DNA from: Malacoraja senta
Taxonomy: Eukaryota
Assembly: GCA_038087875.1 (NCBI GenBank)
Contig: JAXLNO010000051.1
Span: 806,001-858,925 of the forward strand
Direction: 5' to 3'
DNA length: 52,925 bases
Part shown: positions 13,101-25,100 of the stretch, piece after piece
Layout of the letters: the number at the start of each line of letters is the position of its first letter
How positions within the stretch are numbered: position 1 is the stretch's first letter
Notes under the pieces: model-generated
Database searches by the model: none
What the model was told of the DNA's origin: nothing
What the model saw: only the letters and a program-made list of their open reading frames with translations
Made by a program: the position numbers and the translations under genes

Positions 13101-16100
13101 CCCGTGCTTCATTTTCATCACTTTTCGCGTCCTGAATGTTCGTCACTTTTTGCAGGGTGAATTTTCGTTGCTTTTCGCGTGTTGAATTTTCGTCACTTTT
13201 CACGTTCTGGAATTTCGTCATTTTCGCGTGCTGAATTTCCGTTGCTTTTCACGTCCTGAAGGTTTGTCGCTTAACACCTTTTGAATATTTGTCGCTTTTC
13301 GCGTGCTCAATTTTTGTAGCTTTTCGCATGCTGAAATTGCGTACAATTCCGCGTGCTTCATTTTCGTCACATTTCGTGTGCTGCATTTTCATCGCTTTTT
13401 GCAGGCGGAATTTTTGTCGATTTTCACGTGCTGAATTTTCATCGCTTTTCATGTCCTGAAGGTTCGGCGCTTTTTACATGCTGAATTTTCATGGCTTTTC
13501 ATGTCCTGAAGGTTCGTCGCTTTTCGCATGCTGAATTTTCATGCCTTTTTGCGTGCTGAATTTTGTAGCTTTTCGCATGCTGAATTTTCGTCGTTTTTCG
13601 CGTGCTGAATTTTCGTCACTTTTTCCTTGACGAGTTTTCGTCGTTTTTCGCTTCCTGATTCACGTTATGAAAATTAGTCACTTTATGCGTACTGACGTTT
13701 CATCGCTTTTCGCATCGTGAATTTTCGTCGCTTTTCACGTGCTTCATTTTCATCACTTTTCGCAACCTGAATATTTCTCGCTTTTCGCATGCTGAATTTT
13801 CGTCGCTTTTCGCGTGCTTCATTTTCATCACTTTTCTCATCCTGTATAATCGTCGCTTTTCGCATGCAGAATTTTCGTCGCTTTTTGCGTGCTGAATTTT
13901 CATCGCTTTTCACGTTCTGAAATTTGGTCACTTTTCCAAAGCGGAATTTTCATCACTTTTCGCGTCCTGAAGGCTCGTCGCTTTTCGCATGCTGAAATTT
14001 CGTACAATTCCGCGTGCTTCATTTTCGTCACATTTCGTGTGCTTCATTTTCATCGCTTTTTGCAGGTGGAATTTTTGTCGATTTTCACGTGCTGAATTTT
14101 CATCGCTTTTCATGTCCTGAAGGTTCGTCGCTTTTCACGTGCTTCATTTTCATCACTTTTCGCGTCCTGAAGGTTCGTCGCTTTTTGCATGCTGAAGTTT
14201 CGTCACTTTTCGCATCCTGAATTTACGTTGCTTTTCATGTGCTGAATTATCGTCGCTTTTCGCGTGTTTCATTTGCATCACTTTTCGCAAACTGAAGGTT
14301 CATCGCTTTTCGCATGCTGAATTTTCGTCGCTTTTCACGTTCTGAAATTTCGTCACTTTTCGCGTGATGAATTTTCGTCGCTTTTCGCATGCATAATTTT
14401 CGTCGCTTTTCACGTGCTTCATTTTCATCACTTTTCGCGTCCTGAAGGTTCGTCGCTTTTTGCATGCTGAAGTTTCGTCACTTTTTGCATCCTGAATTTA
14501 CGTCGCTTTTCATGTGCTGACTTATCGTCGCTTTTTGCGTGTTTCATTTGCATCACTTTTCGCAAACTGAAGGTTCATCGCTTTTCGCATGCTGAATTTT
14601 CGTCGCTTTTCACGTTCTGAAATTTTGTCACTTTTCGCGTGATGAATTTTCGTCGCTTTTCGCATGCATAATTTCCGTCGCTTTTCCCGTGCTTCATTTT
14701 CATCAGTTTTCGCGTCCTGAATGTTCGTCACTTTTCGTTGCGGAATTTTAGTCGCTTTTCGCCGACTGAGCTTTCGTCGCTTTTCACGTGCTGTATTTTC
14801 GTCACTTTTTGCATGCTGAATTTTCATCGCTTTTCTCGTCCTGAAGGTTCATCGCTTTTCACGTGCTGAATTTTCATCGCTTTTCGCGTGCTTCATTTTC
14901 ATCACTTTTCACGTACTGAAGGTTCATCGCTTTTCGTATGCTGAATTTTCATCGCTTTTCCAGTGCTTCATTTTCATCGCTTTTCGCATCCACAAGGTTC
15001 GTTCCTTTTCACATGCTGAATTTTCGTCGATTTTCGCATGCTGAATTTTCGGTACTTTTCGCATGCTGAAATTTCGTCGCTTTTCACATTCTGAAATGTC
15101 GTCACTTTTCGCGTGATGAATTTTCGTTGCTTTTCTGCATGCATAATTTTCGTCGCTTTTCCCGTGCTTCATTTGCATCACTTTTCGCGTCCTGAATTTT
15201 CGTCACATTTCGCGTCCGGAATTTTAGTCGCTTTTCGGCGACTGAGCTTTCGTCGCTTTTCACGTGCTGTATTTTCGTCACTTTTTGCACGCTGAATTTT
15301 CATCGCTTTTCTCGTCCTGAAGGTTCATCGCTTTTCACGTGCTGAATTTTCATCGCTTTTCGCGTGCTTCATTTTCATCACTTTTCACGTACTGCAGGTT
15401 CATCGCTTTTCGCATGCTGAATTTTCGTCGCTTTTCCAGTGCTTTATTTTCATCGCTTTTCGCATCCAGAAGGTTCGTCCTTTTTCGCATGCTGAATTTT
15501 CGTCGATTTTCGCATGCTGAATTTTCGGCACTTTTCGCATGCTGAATTTTCGTCGCTTTTCACGTTCAGAAATTTTCGTCATTTTCGCGTGTTGAATTTT
15601 CGTCGCTTTTCGCATGCATAATTTTCGTTGCTTTTCCCGTGCTTCATTTTCATCACTTTTCGTGTCCTGAATGTTCGTCACTTTTTGCACGCTGAATTTT
15701 CGTTGCTTTTCGCGTGTTGAATTTTCGTCACTTTTCACATTCTGGAATTTCGTCATTTTCGCGTGCTGAATTTCCGTTGCTTTTCACGTCCTGAAGGTTT
15801 GTCGCTTAACACCTTTTGAATATTTGTTGCTTTTCGCGTGCTCAATTTTTGTAGCTTTTCGCATGCTGAAATTGCGTACAAGTCCGCGTGCTTCATTTTC
15901 GTCACATTTCGTGTGCTTCATTTTCATCGCTTTTTGCAGGCGGAATTTTTGTCGATTTTCACGTGCTGAATTTTCATCGCTTTTCATGTCCTGAAGGTTC
16001 GGCGCTTTTTACATGCTGAATTTTCATGGCTTTTCATGTCCTGAAGGTTCGTCGCTTTTCGCATGCTGAATTTTCGTGGCTTTTTGCGTGCTGAATTTTG

Positions 16101-19100
16101 TAGCTTTTCGCATGCTGAATTTTCGTCGTTTTTCGCGTGCTGAATTTTCGTCACTTTTTCCTTGACGAGTTTTCGTCGTTTTTCGCTTCCTGATTCACGT
16201 TATGAAAATTTGTCACTTTATGCGTCCTGACGTTTCGTCGCTTTTCGCATTGTGAATTTTTGTCGCTTTTCACGTGCTTCATTTTCATCACTTTTCGCAA
16301 CCTGAATATTTCTCGCTTTTCGCATGCTGAATTTTCGTCGCTTTTCGCGTGCTTCATTTTCATCACTTTTCTCATCCTGTATAATCGTCGCTTTTCGCAT
16401 GCAGAATTTTCGTCGCTTTTTGCGTCCTGAATTTTCATCGCTTTTCACGTTCTCAAATTTGGTCACTTTTCCAAAGCGGAATTTTCATCACTTTTCGCGT
16501 CCTGAAGGCTCGTCGCTTTTCGCATGCTGAAATTTCGTACAATTCCGCGTGCTTCATTTTCGTCACATTTCGTGTGCTTCATTTTCATCGCTTTTTACAG
16601 GTGGAATTTTTGTCGATTTTCACGTGCTGAATTTTCATCGCTTTTCATGTCCTGAAGGTTCGTCGCTTTTCACGTGCTTCATTTTCATCACTTTTCGCGT
16701 CCTGAAGGTTCGTTGCTTTTTGCATGCTGAAGTTTCGTCACTTTTCGCATCCTGAATTTACGTTGCTTTTCATGTGCTGAATTATCGTCGCTTTTTGCGT
16801 GTTTCATTTGCATCACTTTTCGCAAACTGAAGGTTCATCGCTTTTCGCATGCTGAATTTTCGTTGCTTTTCACGTTCTGAAATTTTGTCACTTTTCGTGT
16901 GATGAAATTTCGTCGCTTTTCGCATGCATAATTTTCGTCGCTTTTCCCGTGCTTCATTTTCATCAGTTTTCGCGTCCTGAATGTTCGTCACTTTTCGCGT
17001 GCAGAATTTTAGTCGCTTTTCGCCGACTGAGCTTTCGTCGCTTTTCACGTGCTGTATTTTCGTCACTTTTTGCATGCTGAATTTTCATCGCTTTTCTCGT
17101 CCTGAACGTTCATCGCTTTTCACGTGCTGAATTTTCATCGCTTTTCGCGTGCTTCATTTTCATCACTTTTCACGTACTGAAGGTTCATCGCTTTTCGTAT
17201 GCTGAATTTTCATCGCTTTTCCAGTGCTTCATTTTCATCCCTTTTCGCATCCACAAGGTTCGTTCCTTTTCGCATGCTGAATTTTCGTCGATTTTCACAT
17301 GCTGAATTTTCGGTAATTTTCGCATGCTGAATTTTCGTCGCTTTTCACGTTCTGAAATTTCGTCACTTTTCGCGTGATGAATTTTCGTCGCTTTTCGCAT
17401 GCATAATTTTCGTCGCTTTTCCCGTGCTTCATTTGCATCACTTTTCGCGTCCTGAATGTTCGTCACATTTCGCGTCCGGAATTTTAGTCGCTTTTCGCCG
17501 AATGAGCTTTCGTCGCTTTTCACGTGCTGTATTTTCGTCACTTTTTGCACGCTGAATTTTCATCGCTTTTCTCGTCCTGAAGGTTCATTGCTTTTCATGT
17601 GCTGAATTTTCATCGCTTTTCGCGTGCTTCATTTTCATCACTTTTCGCGTACTGAAGGTTCATCGCTTTTCGCATGCTGAATTTTCGTCGCTTTTCCAGT
17701 GCTTTATTTTCATCGCTTTTCGCATCCAGAAGGTTCGTCCCTTTTCGCATGCTGAATTTTCGTCGATTTTCGCATGCTGAATTTTCCGCACTTTTCGCAT
17801 GCTGAATTTTCGTCGCTTTTCACGTTCTGAAATTTCGTCCTTTTTGCGTGTTGAATTTTCGTCGCTTTTCGCATGCATAATTTTCGTTGCTTTTCCCGTG
17901 CTTCATTTTCATCACTTTTCGCGTCCTGAATGTTCGTCACTTTTTGCACGCTGAATTTTCGTTGCTTTTCGTGTGTTGAATTTTCGTCACTTTTCACGTT
18001 CTGGAATTTCGTCATTTTCGCGTGCTGAATTTCCGTTGCTTTTCACGTCCAGAAGGTTTGTCGCTTAACACCTTTTGAATATTTGTCGCTTTTCGCGTGC
18101 TCAATTTTTGTAGCTTTTCGCATGCTGAAATTGCGTACAATTCCGCGTGCTTCATTTTCGTCACATTTCGTGTGCTTCATTTTCATCGCTTTTTGCAGGC
18201 GGAATTTTTGTCGATTTTCACGTGCTGAATTTTCATCGCTTTTCATGTCCTGAAGGTTCGGCGCTTTTTACATGCTGAATTTTCATGGCTTTTCATGTCC
18301 TGAAGGTTCGTCGCTTTTCGCATGCTGAATTTTCGTGGCTTTTTGCGTGCTGAATTTTGTAGCTTTTCGCATGCTGAATTTTCGTCATTTTTCGCGTGCT
18401 GAATTTTCGTCACTTTTTCCTTGACGAGTTTTCGTCGTTTTTCGCTTCCTGATTCACGTTATGAAAATTAGTCACTTTATGCGTCCTGACGTTTCGTCGC
18501 TTTTCGCATCGTGAATTTTCGTCGCTTTTCACGTGCTTCATTTTCATCACTTTTCGCAACCTGAATATTTTTTCGCTTTTCGCATGCTGAATTTTCGTCG
18601 CTTTTCGCGTGCTTCATTTTCATCACTTTTCTCATCCTGTATAATCGTCGCTTTTCGCATGCAGAATTTTCGTCGCTTTTTGCGTGCTGAATTTTCATCG
18701 CTTTTCACGTTCTGAAATTTGGTCACTTTTCCAAAGCGGAATTTTCATCACTTTTCGCATGCTGAAATTCCGTACAATTCCGCGTGCTTCATTTTCGTCA
18801 CATTTCGTGTGCTTCATTTTCATCGCTTTTTGCAGGTGGAATTTTTGTCGATTTTCACGTGCTGAATTTTCATCGCTTTTCATGTCCTGAAGGTTCGTCG
18901 CTTTTCACGTGCTTCATTTTCATCACTTTTCGCGTCCTGAAGGTTCGTCGCTTTTTGCATGCTGAAGTTTCGTCACTTTTCGCATCCTGAATTTACGTTG
19001 CTTTTCATGTGCTGAATTATCGTCGCTTTTCGCGTGTTTCATTTGCATCACTTTTCGCAAACTGAAGGTTCATCGCTTTTCGCATGCTGAATTTTCGTCG

Positions 19101-22100
19101 CTTTTCACGTTCTGAAATTTCGTCACTTTTCGCGTGATGAATTTTCGTCGCTTTTCGCATGCATAATTTTCGTCGCTTTTCCCGTGCTTCATTTTCATCA
19201 CTTTTCACGTCCTGAATGTTCGTCACTTTTCGCGTGCGGAATTTTTGTCGCTTTTCGCCGACTGAGCTTTCGTCGCTTTTCACGTGCTGTATTTTTGTCA
19301 CTTTTTGCATGCTGAATTTTCATCGCTTTTCTCGTCCTGAAGGTTCATCGCTTTTCACGTGCTGAATTTTCATCGCTTTTCGCGTGCTTCATTTTCATCA
19401 CTTTTCACGTACTGAAGGTTCATCGCTTTTCGTATGCTGAATTTTCATCGCTTTTCCAGTGCTTCATTTTCATCGCTTTTCGCATCAACAAGGTTCGTCC
19501 CTTTTCGCATGCTGAATTTTCGTCGATTTTCGCATGCTGAATTTTCGGTACTTTTCGTATGCTGAATTTTCGTCGCTTTTCACGTTCTGAAATTTCGTCA
19601 CTTTTCGCGTGTTGAATTTTCGTCGCTTTTCGCATGCATAATTTTCGTCTCTTTTCCCGTGCTTCATTTTCATCACTTTTCGCGTCCTGAATGTTCGTCA
19701 CTTTTTGCACGCTGAATTTTTGTCGCTTTTCACGTCCTGAAGGTTCATTGCTTTTCACGTGCTGAATTTTCATTGCTTTTCGCGTGCTTCATTTTCATCA
19801 CTTTTCGCGTACTGAAGGTTCATCGCTTTTCGCATGCTGAATTTTCATCGCTTTTCCAGTGCTTTATTTTCATCGCTTTTCGCATCCAGAAGGTTCGTCC
19901 CTTTTCGCATGCTGAATTTTCGTCGATTTTCGCATGCTGAATTTTCCGCACTTTTCGCATGCTGAATTTTCGTCGCTTTTCACGTTCTGAAATTTCGTCA
20001 TTTTCGCGTGTTGAATTTTCGTCGCTTTTCGCATGCATAATTTTCGTTGCTTTTCCCGTGCTTCATTTTCATCACTTTTCGCGTCCTGAATGTTCGTCAC
20101 TTTTTGCACGCTGAATTTTCGTTGCTTTTCGCGTGTTGAATTTTCGTCACTTTTCACGTTCTGGAATTTCGTCATTTTCGCGTGCTGAATTTCCGTTGCT
20201 TTTCACGTCCTGAAGGTTTGTCGCTTAACACCTTTTGAATATTTGTCGCTTTTCGCGTGCTCAATTTTTGTAGCTTTTCGCATGCTGAAATTGCGTACAA
20301 TTCCGCGTGCTTCATTTTCGTCACATTTCGTGTGCTTCATTTTCATCGCTTTTTGCAGGCGGAATTTTTGTCGATTTTCACGTGCTGAATTTTCATCGCT
20401 TTTCATGTCCTGAAGGTTCGGCGCTTTTTACATGCTGAATTTTCATGGCTATTCATGTCCTGAAGGTTCGTCGCTTTTCGCATGCTGAATTTTCGTGGCT
20501 TTTTGCGTGCTGAATTTTGTAGATTTTCGCATGCTGAATTTTCGTCGTTTTTCGCGTGCTGAATTTTCATCACTTTTTCCTTGACGAGTTTTCGTCGTTT
20601 TTCGCTTCCTGATTCACGTTATGAAAATTAGTCACTTTATGCGTCCTGACGTTTCGTCGCTTTTCGCATCGTGAATTTTCGTCGCTTTTCACGTGCTTCA
20701 TTTTCATCACTTTTCGCAACCTGAATATTTCTCGCTTTTCGCATGCTGAATTTTTGTCGCTTTTCGCGTGCTTCATTTTCATCACTTTTCTCATCCTGTA
20801 TAATCGTCGCTTTTCGCATGCAGAATTTTCGTCGCTTTTTGCGTGCTGAATTTTCATCGCTTTTCACGTTCTGAAATTTGGTCACTTTTCCAAAGCCGAA
20901 TTTTCATCACGTTTCGCGTCCTGAAGGCTCGTCGTTTTTCGCATGCTGAAATTCCGTACAATTCCGCGTGCTTCATTTTCGTCACATTTCGTGTGCTTCA
21001 TTTTCATCGCTTTTTGCAGGTGGAATTTTTGTCGATTTTCACGTGCTGAATTTTCATCGCTTTTCATGTCCTGAAGGTTCGTCGCTTTTCACGTGCTTCA
21101 TTTTCATCACTTTTCGCGTCCTGAAGGTTCGTCGCTTTTTGCATGCTGAAGTTTCGTCACTTTTCGCATCCTGAATTTACGTTGCTTTTCATGTGCTGAA
21201 TTATCGTCGCTTTTCTCGTGTTTCATTTGCATCACTTTTCGCAAACTGAAGGTTCATCGCTTTTCGCATGCTGAATTTTCGTCGCTTTTCACGTTCTGAA
21301 ATTTCATCACTTTTCGCGTGATGAATTTTCGTCGCTTTTCGCATGCATAATTTTCGTCGCTTTTCCCGTGCTTCATTTTCATCACTTTCCACGTCCTGAA
21401 TGTTCGTCAATTTTCGCGTGCGGAATTTTTGTCGCTTTTCGCCGACTGAGCTTTCGTCGCTTTTCACGTGCTGTATTTTTGTCACTTTTTGCATGCTGAA
21501 TTTTCATCGCTTTTCTCGTCCTGAAGGTTCATCGCTTTTCACGTGCTGAATTTTCATCGCTTTTCGCGTGCTTCATTTTCATCACTTTTCACGTACTGAA
21601 GGTTCATCGCTTTTCGTATGCTGAATTTTCATCGCTTTTCCAGTGCTTCATTTTCATCGCTTTTCGCATCAACAAGGTTCGTCCCTTTTCGCATGCTGAA
21701 TTTTCGTCGATTTTCGCATGCTGAATTTTCGGTACTTTTCGTATGCTGAATTTTCGTCGCTTTTCACGTTCTGAAATTTCGTCACTTTTCGCGTATTGAA
21801 TTTTCGTCGCTTTTCGCATGCAAAATTTTCGTCTCTTTTCCCGTGCTTCATTTTCATCACTTTTCGCGTCCTGAATGTTCGTCACTTTTTGCACGCTGAA
21901 TTTTTGTCGATTTTCGCGTGCTGAATTTTTGTCGCTTTTCGCAAGCTGAATTTTCATCGCTTTTCGCCAGCTTCAATTTCATCACTTTTCGCGTCCTGAA
22001 GGCTCGTCGCTTTTCGCATGCTGAAGTTTTGTTGCTTTTTGCGTCCTGAATTTACGTCGCTTTTCATGTGCTGAAGTTATGTTGCTTTGCACGTGCTGAC

Positions 22101-25100
22101 ATTTTCGTCGCTTTATGTCCCGATATTTTGTTGCTTTTCGCGTCCTGAATTTACTTTGTTTTTATGTGCTGAATTTCCGTCGCTTTTCACGTTCTGAAAT
22201 TTCGTCACTTTTCGCGTGCTGAATTTTCGTCGCTTTTCGCAGGCTGAGTTTTTGTCGCTTTTCGCGTGATGTATTTTTTTCACTTTTCGCGGCTGAATTT
22301 TCGTCGCTTGTCTCGTTCTGAAATTTCGTCACTTTTCGCTTGCTGAATTTTCGTCGCTTTTCGCGTCCTGAAGGTTCGTCGCTTTCCGCATGCTGAAGTT
22401 TCGTCACTTTTCGTGTGCTGAATTTTCGTCGCTTTTCACGTTCTGAAATTTCGTCACTTGTCGCGTGCTGAATTTTCGTCGCTTTTCGCGTGATGAATTT
22501 TTGTCGCTTTTCGCAGGCTGAGTTTTTGTCGCTTTTCGCGTGCTGTATTTTTTTCACTTTTCGTGGCTGAATTTTCGTCGCTTGTCTCGTTCTGAAATTT
22601 CGTCACATTTCGCTTGCTGAATTTTCGTCGCTTTTCGCGTCCTGAAGGTTCGTCGCTTTCCGCATGCTGAAGTTTCGTCACTTTTCGCGTGCTGAATTTT
22701 CGTCGCTTTTCACGTTCTGAAATTTCGTCACTTTTCGCGCGCTGAATTTTCGTCGATTTTCGCAAGCTGAATTTTCAGCGCTTTTCCTGTGCTTCATTCT
22801 CATTGCTTTTCACGTCCTGAAGGTTCGTCACTTTTCACGTGCTGAATTTACTTCACTTTTCGCGTGCTGAATTTTTGTCGATTTTCTCATGCTGAATTTT
22901 CGTCGATTTTCGCATCCTGAAGATTCGTCGCATTCCGCCTGCTGAATCTTCCTCAATTTTCGCGTGCTGAATTTTAGTCGATTTTCGTGTCCTGAAAGGT
23001 CGTCACTTTTCATGTGCTGAATTTTTATTGCTTTGCGCAGGCTGATTTTTCGTCGAATTTCGTGTGCTGAAATTTCGTCACTTTTCACGTCCTGAAATAT
23101 CGTCGCTTTATACGTGCTGAATTTTTGTCGCTTTTTGCATGCTGAATTTACGTTGCCTTTCGCGTGCTTCATTTTCTTCACCTTTCACGAGCTTCATTTT
23201 TATCGCCTTTCGCGTGCTTCATTTTCATCACTTTTCGCGTCCTGAAGTTTCATCGCTTTTTGCATGCTGAAGTTTCGTCACTTTCGCATCCTGAATTTAC
23301 GTCGCTTTTCATGTGCTGAATTATCATTGCTTTTTGCGTGTTTCATTTGCATCACTTTTCGCATACTGAAGTTTCATCGCTTTTCGCATGCTGAATTTTC
23401 GTCGCTTTTCGCGTTCTCAAGGTTCGTCACTTTTCCTGTGCTGAATTTTCGTTGCTTTTCACGTCCTGAAATTTCGTCGCTTTTCGCAAGCATAATTTTC
23501 ATCGCTTTTCCCGTGCTTTATATTCATCGCTTTTCGCGTCAAGGTTCGTCACTTTTCGCGTGCTGAATTTTCGTCGCTTTTCGTGTAATGAATTTTTGTA
23601 TTTTTTCGCAGGTTGAGTTTTCATCGTTTTTCACGTGCTGTATTTTCGTCACTTTTCACAGGCTGAATATTCGTCGCTTTCCGCGTGCTGAATTTTTGTC
23701 GCTTTTCAGGTTCTGAAATTTTCGTCGCTAATCTCTTTCTGAAATATCCTTTTCGCGTGCTAAATTTTCGTCGCTTTTCGCATCCTGGTTCATCACTTTT
23801 GTCGTGCTGCACTTTCATCACTTTTCGCAGGCTGAGTTTTCTTCGCTTTTCACGTGCTGAAGGTTCATCAATTTTGACGTGCTGAATTTTCCATCGCTTT
23901 TCACTGGCTGAATTTTCGTCGCTTTTTATGTACTGAAATTTTGTCACTTTGCACGTGCTGAGATTTTCGTCGCTTTATATGTCCCGATGTTTTGTTGCTT
24001 TTCACGTCCTGAATTTACGTCGCTTTTTGTGTGCTCAATTTTCATCGTTTTTTGCATGCTGTATTTTTGTAGATTTTCGCATGCTGAATTTTCGTCACTT
24101 TTCGCGTGCTGAAAGCTCGTCACTTTTCATTTGCTGAATTTTTATCGCTTTGCGCAGGCTGATTTTTCGTCGATTTTCCCGTGCTTCATTTTCATCACTT
24201 TTCGCGTCCTGAAGGCTCATGACTTTTCGCGTGCTGAATTTTTGTCACTTTTAGCATGCTAAATTTTCGTCGCTTTTCCCATGCTTCATTTTCATCGCAT
24301 TTCGCATCCTGAAGATCCGTCGCTTTTTACATGCTGAATTTTCGTCGATTTTCGCATGGTGAATTTTCGTCGCTTTTCGTGTGCTGAATTTTTGTCGCTT
24401 TTCACGTGCCGGTTCATCATTTTTGACGTGCTGAATTTTCATCGCCTTTCGCTGGCTGAATTTATGTCGCTTTTCATGTGCTGAAATTTTGTCGCTTTGC
24501 ACGTGTTGAGATTTGCGTCACTTTATGTGTCCCGATGTTTTGTTGCTTTTCACATCCTGAATTTATGTTGATTTTTGTGTGCTGAATTTTCATCGCTTTT
24601 TGCATGCTGTATTTTTGTAGAATTTCGCATGCTAAATTTTCGTCACTTTTCGCGTGCTGAATTTTTGTCGCTTTTCACGTTCTGAAATTTCATCACTTTT
24701 TGCAAGCAGAATTTTCGTCGCTTTATGCGTGCTGAATTTTTGTCGCTTTTCGCGTGTTGAGTTTTCGTCGTTTTTCGCATCCTGAAGATTCGTCGCATTT
24801 CGCCTGCTAAATTTTCCTCACTTTTTGCGTGATGAATTTTCATCACTTTGCGCGTCCTGAAGTTTTGTCGCTTTTTGCAGGCTCAAGTTTCGTCGCTTTT
24901 TGCATCCTGAATTTACTTTGCTTTGCGTGTGCTGAATTTTCGTTGCTTTTTGCGTGCTTCATTTTCATCACTTTTCGCATACTGGTTCGTTGCTTTTACC
25001 ATGCTAAATTTTCGTAGCTTTTCCCTAGCTTCATTTTCATCGCTTTTCACATCCTTGTTTTGTCGCCTGAATTTACGTCGCTTTTCGTGTGCTGAATTTT

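Larger units (their letters stand above)
4080..21950. repeat. Variable-length kb-scale HOR domain (about 8 units, mostly 1.0-2.7 kb)
   Basis: Marker CCTGATTCACGTTATGAAAAT occurs at 4497, 5507, 9610, 10920, 13654, 16189, 18448 and 20608. A second marker, GTCGCTTAACACCTTTTGAATA, occurs once in each of the same units. Homologous ORFs have left coordinates 9205, 10515, 13249, 15784, 18043 and 20203. Confidence 0.92.
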
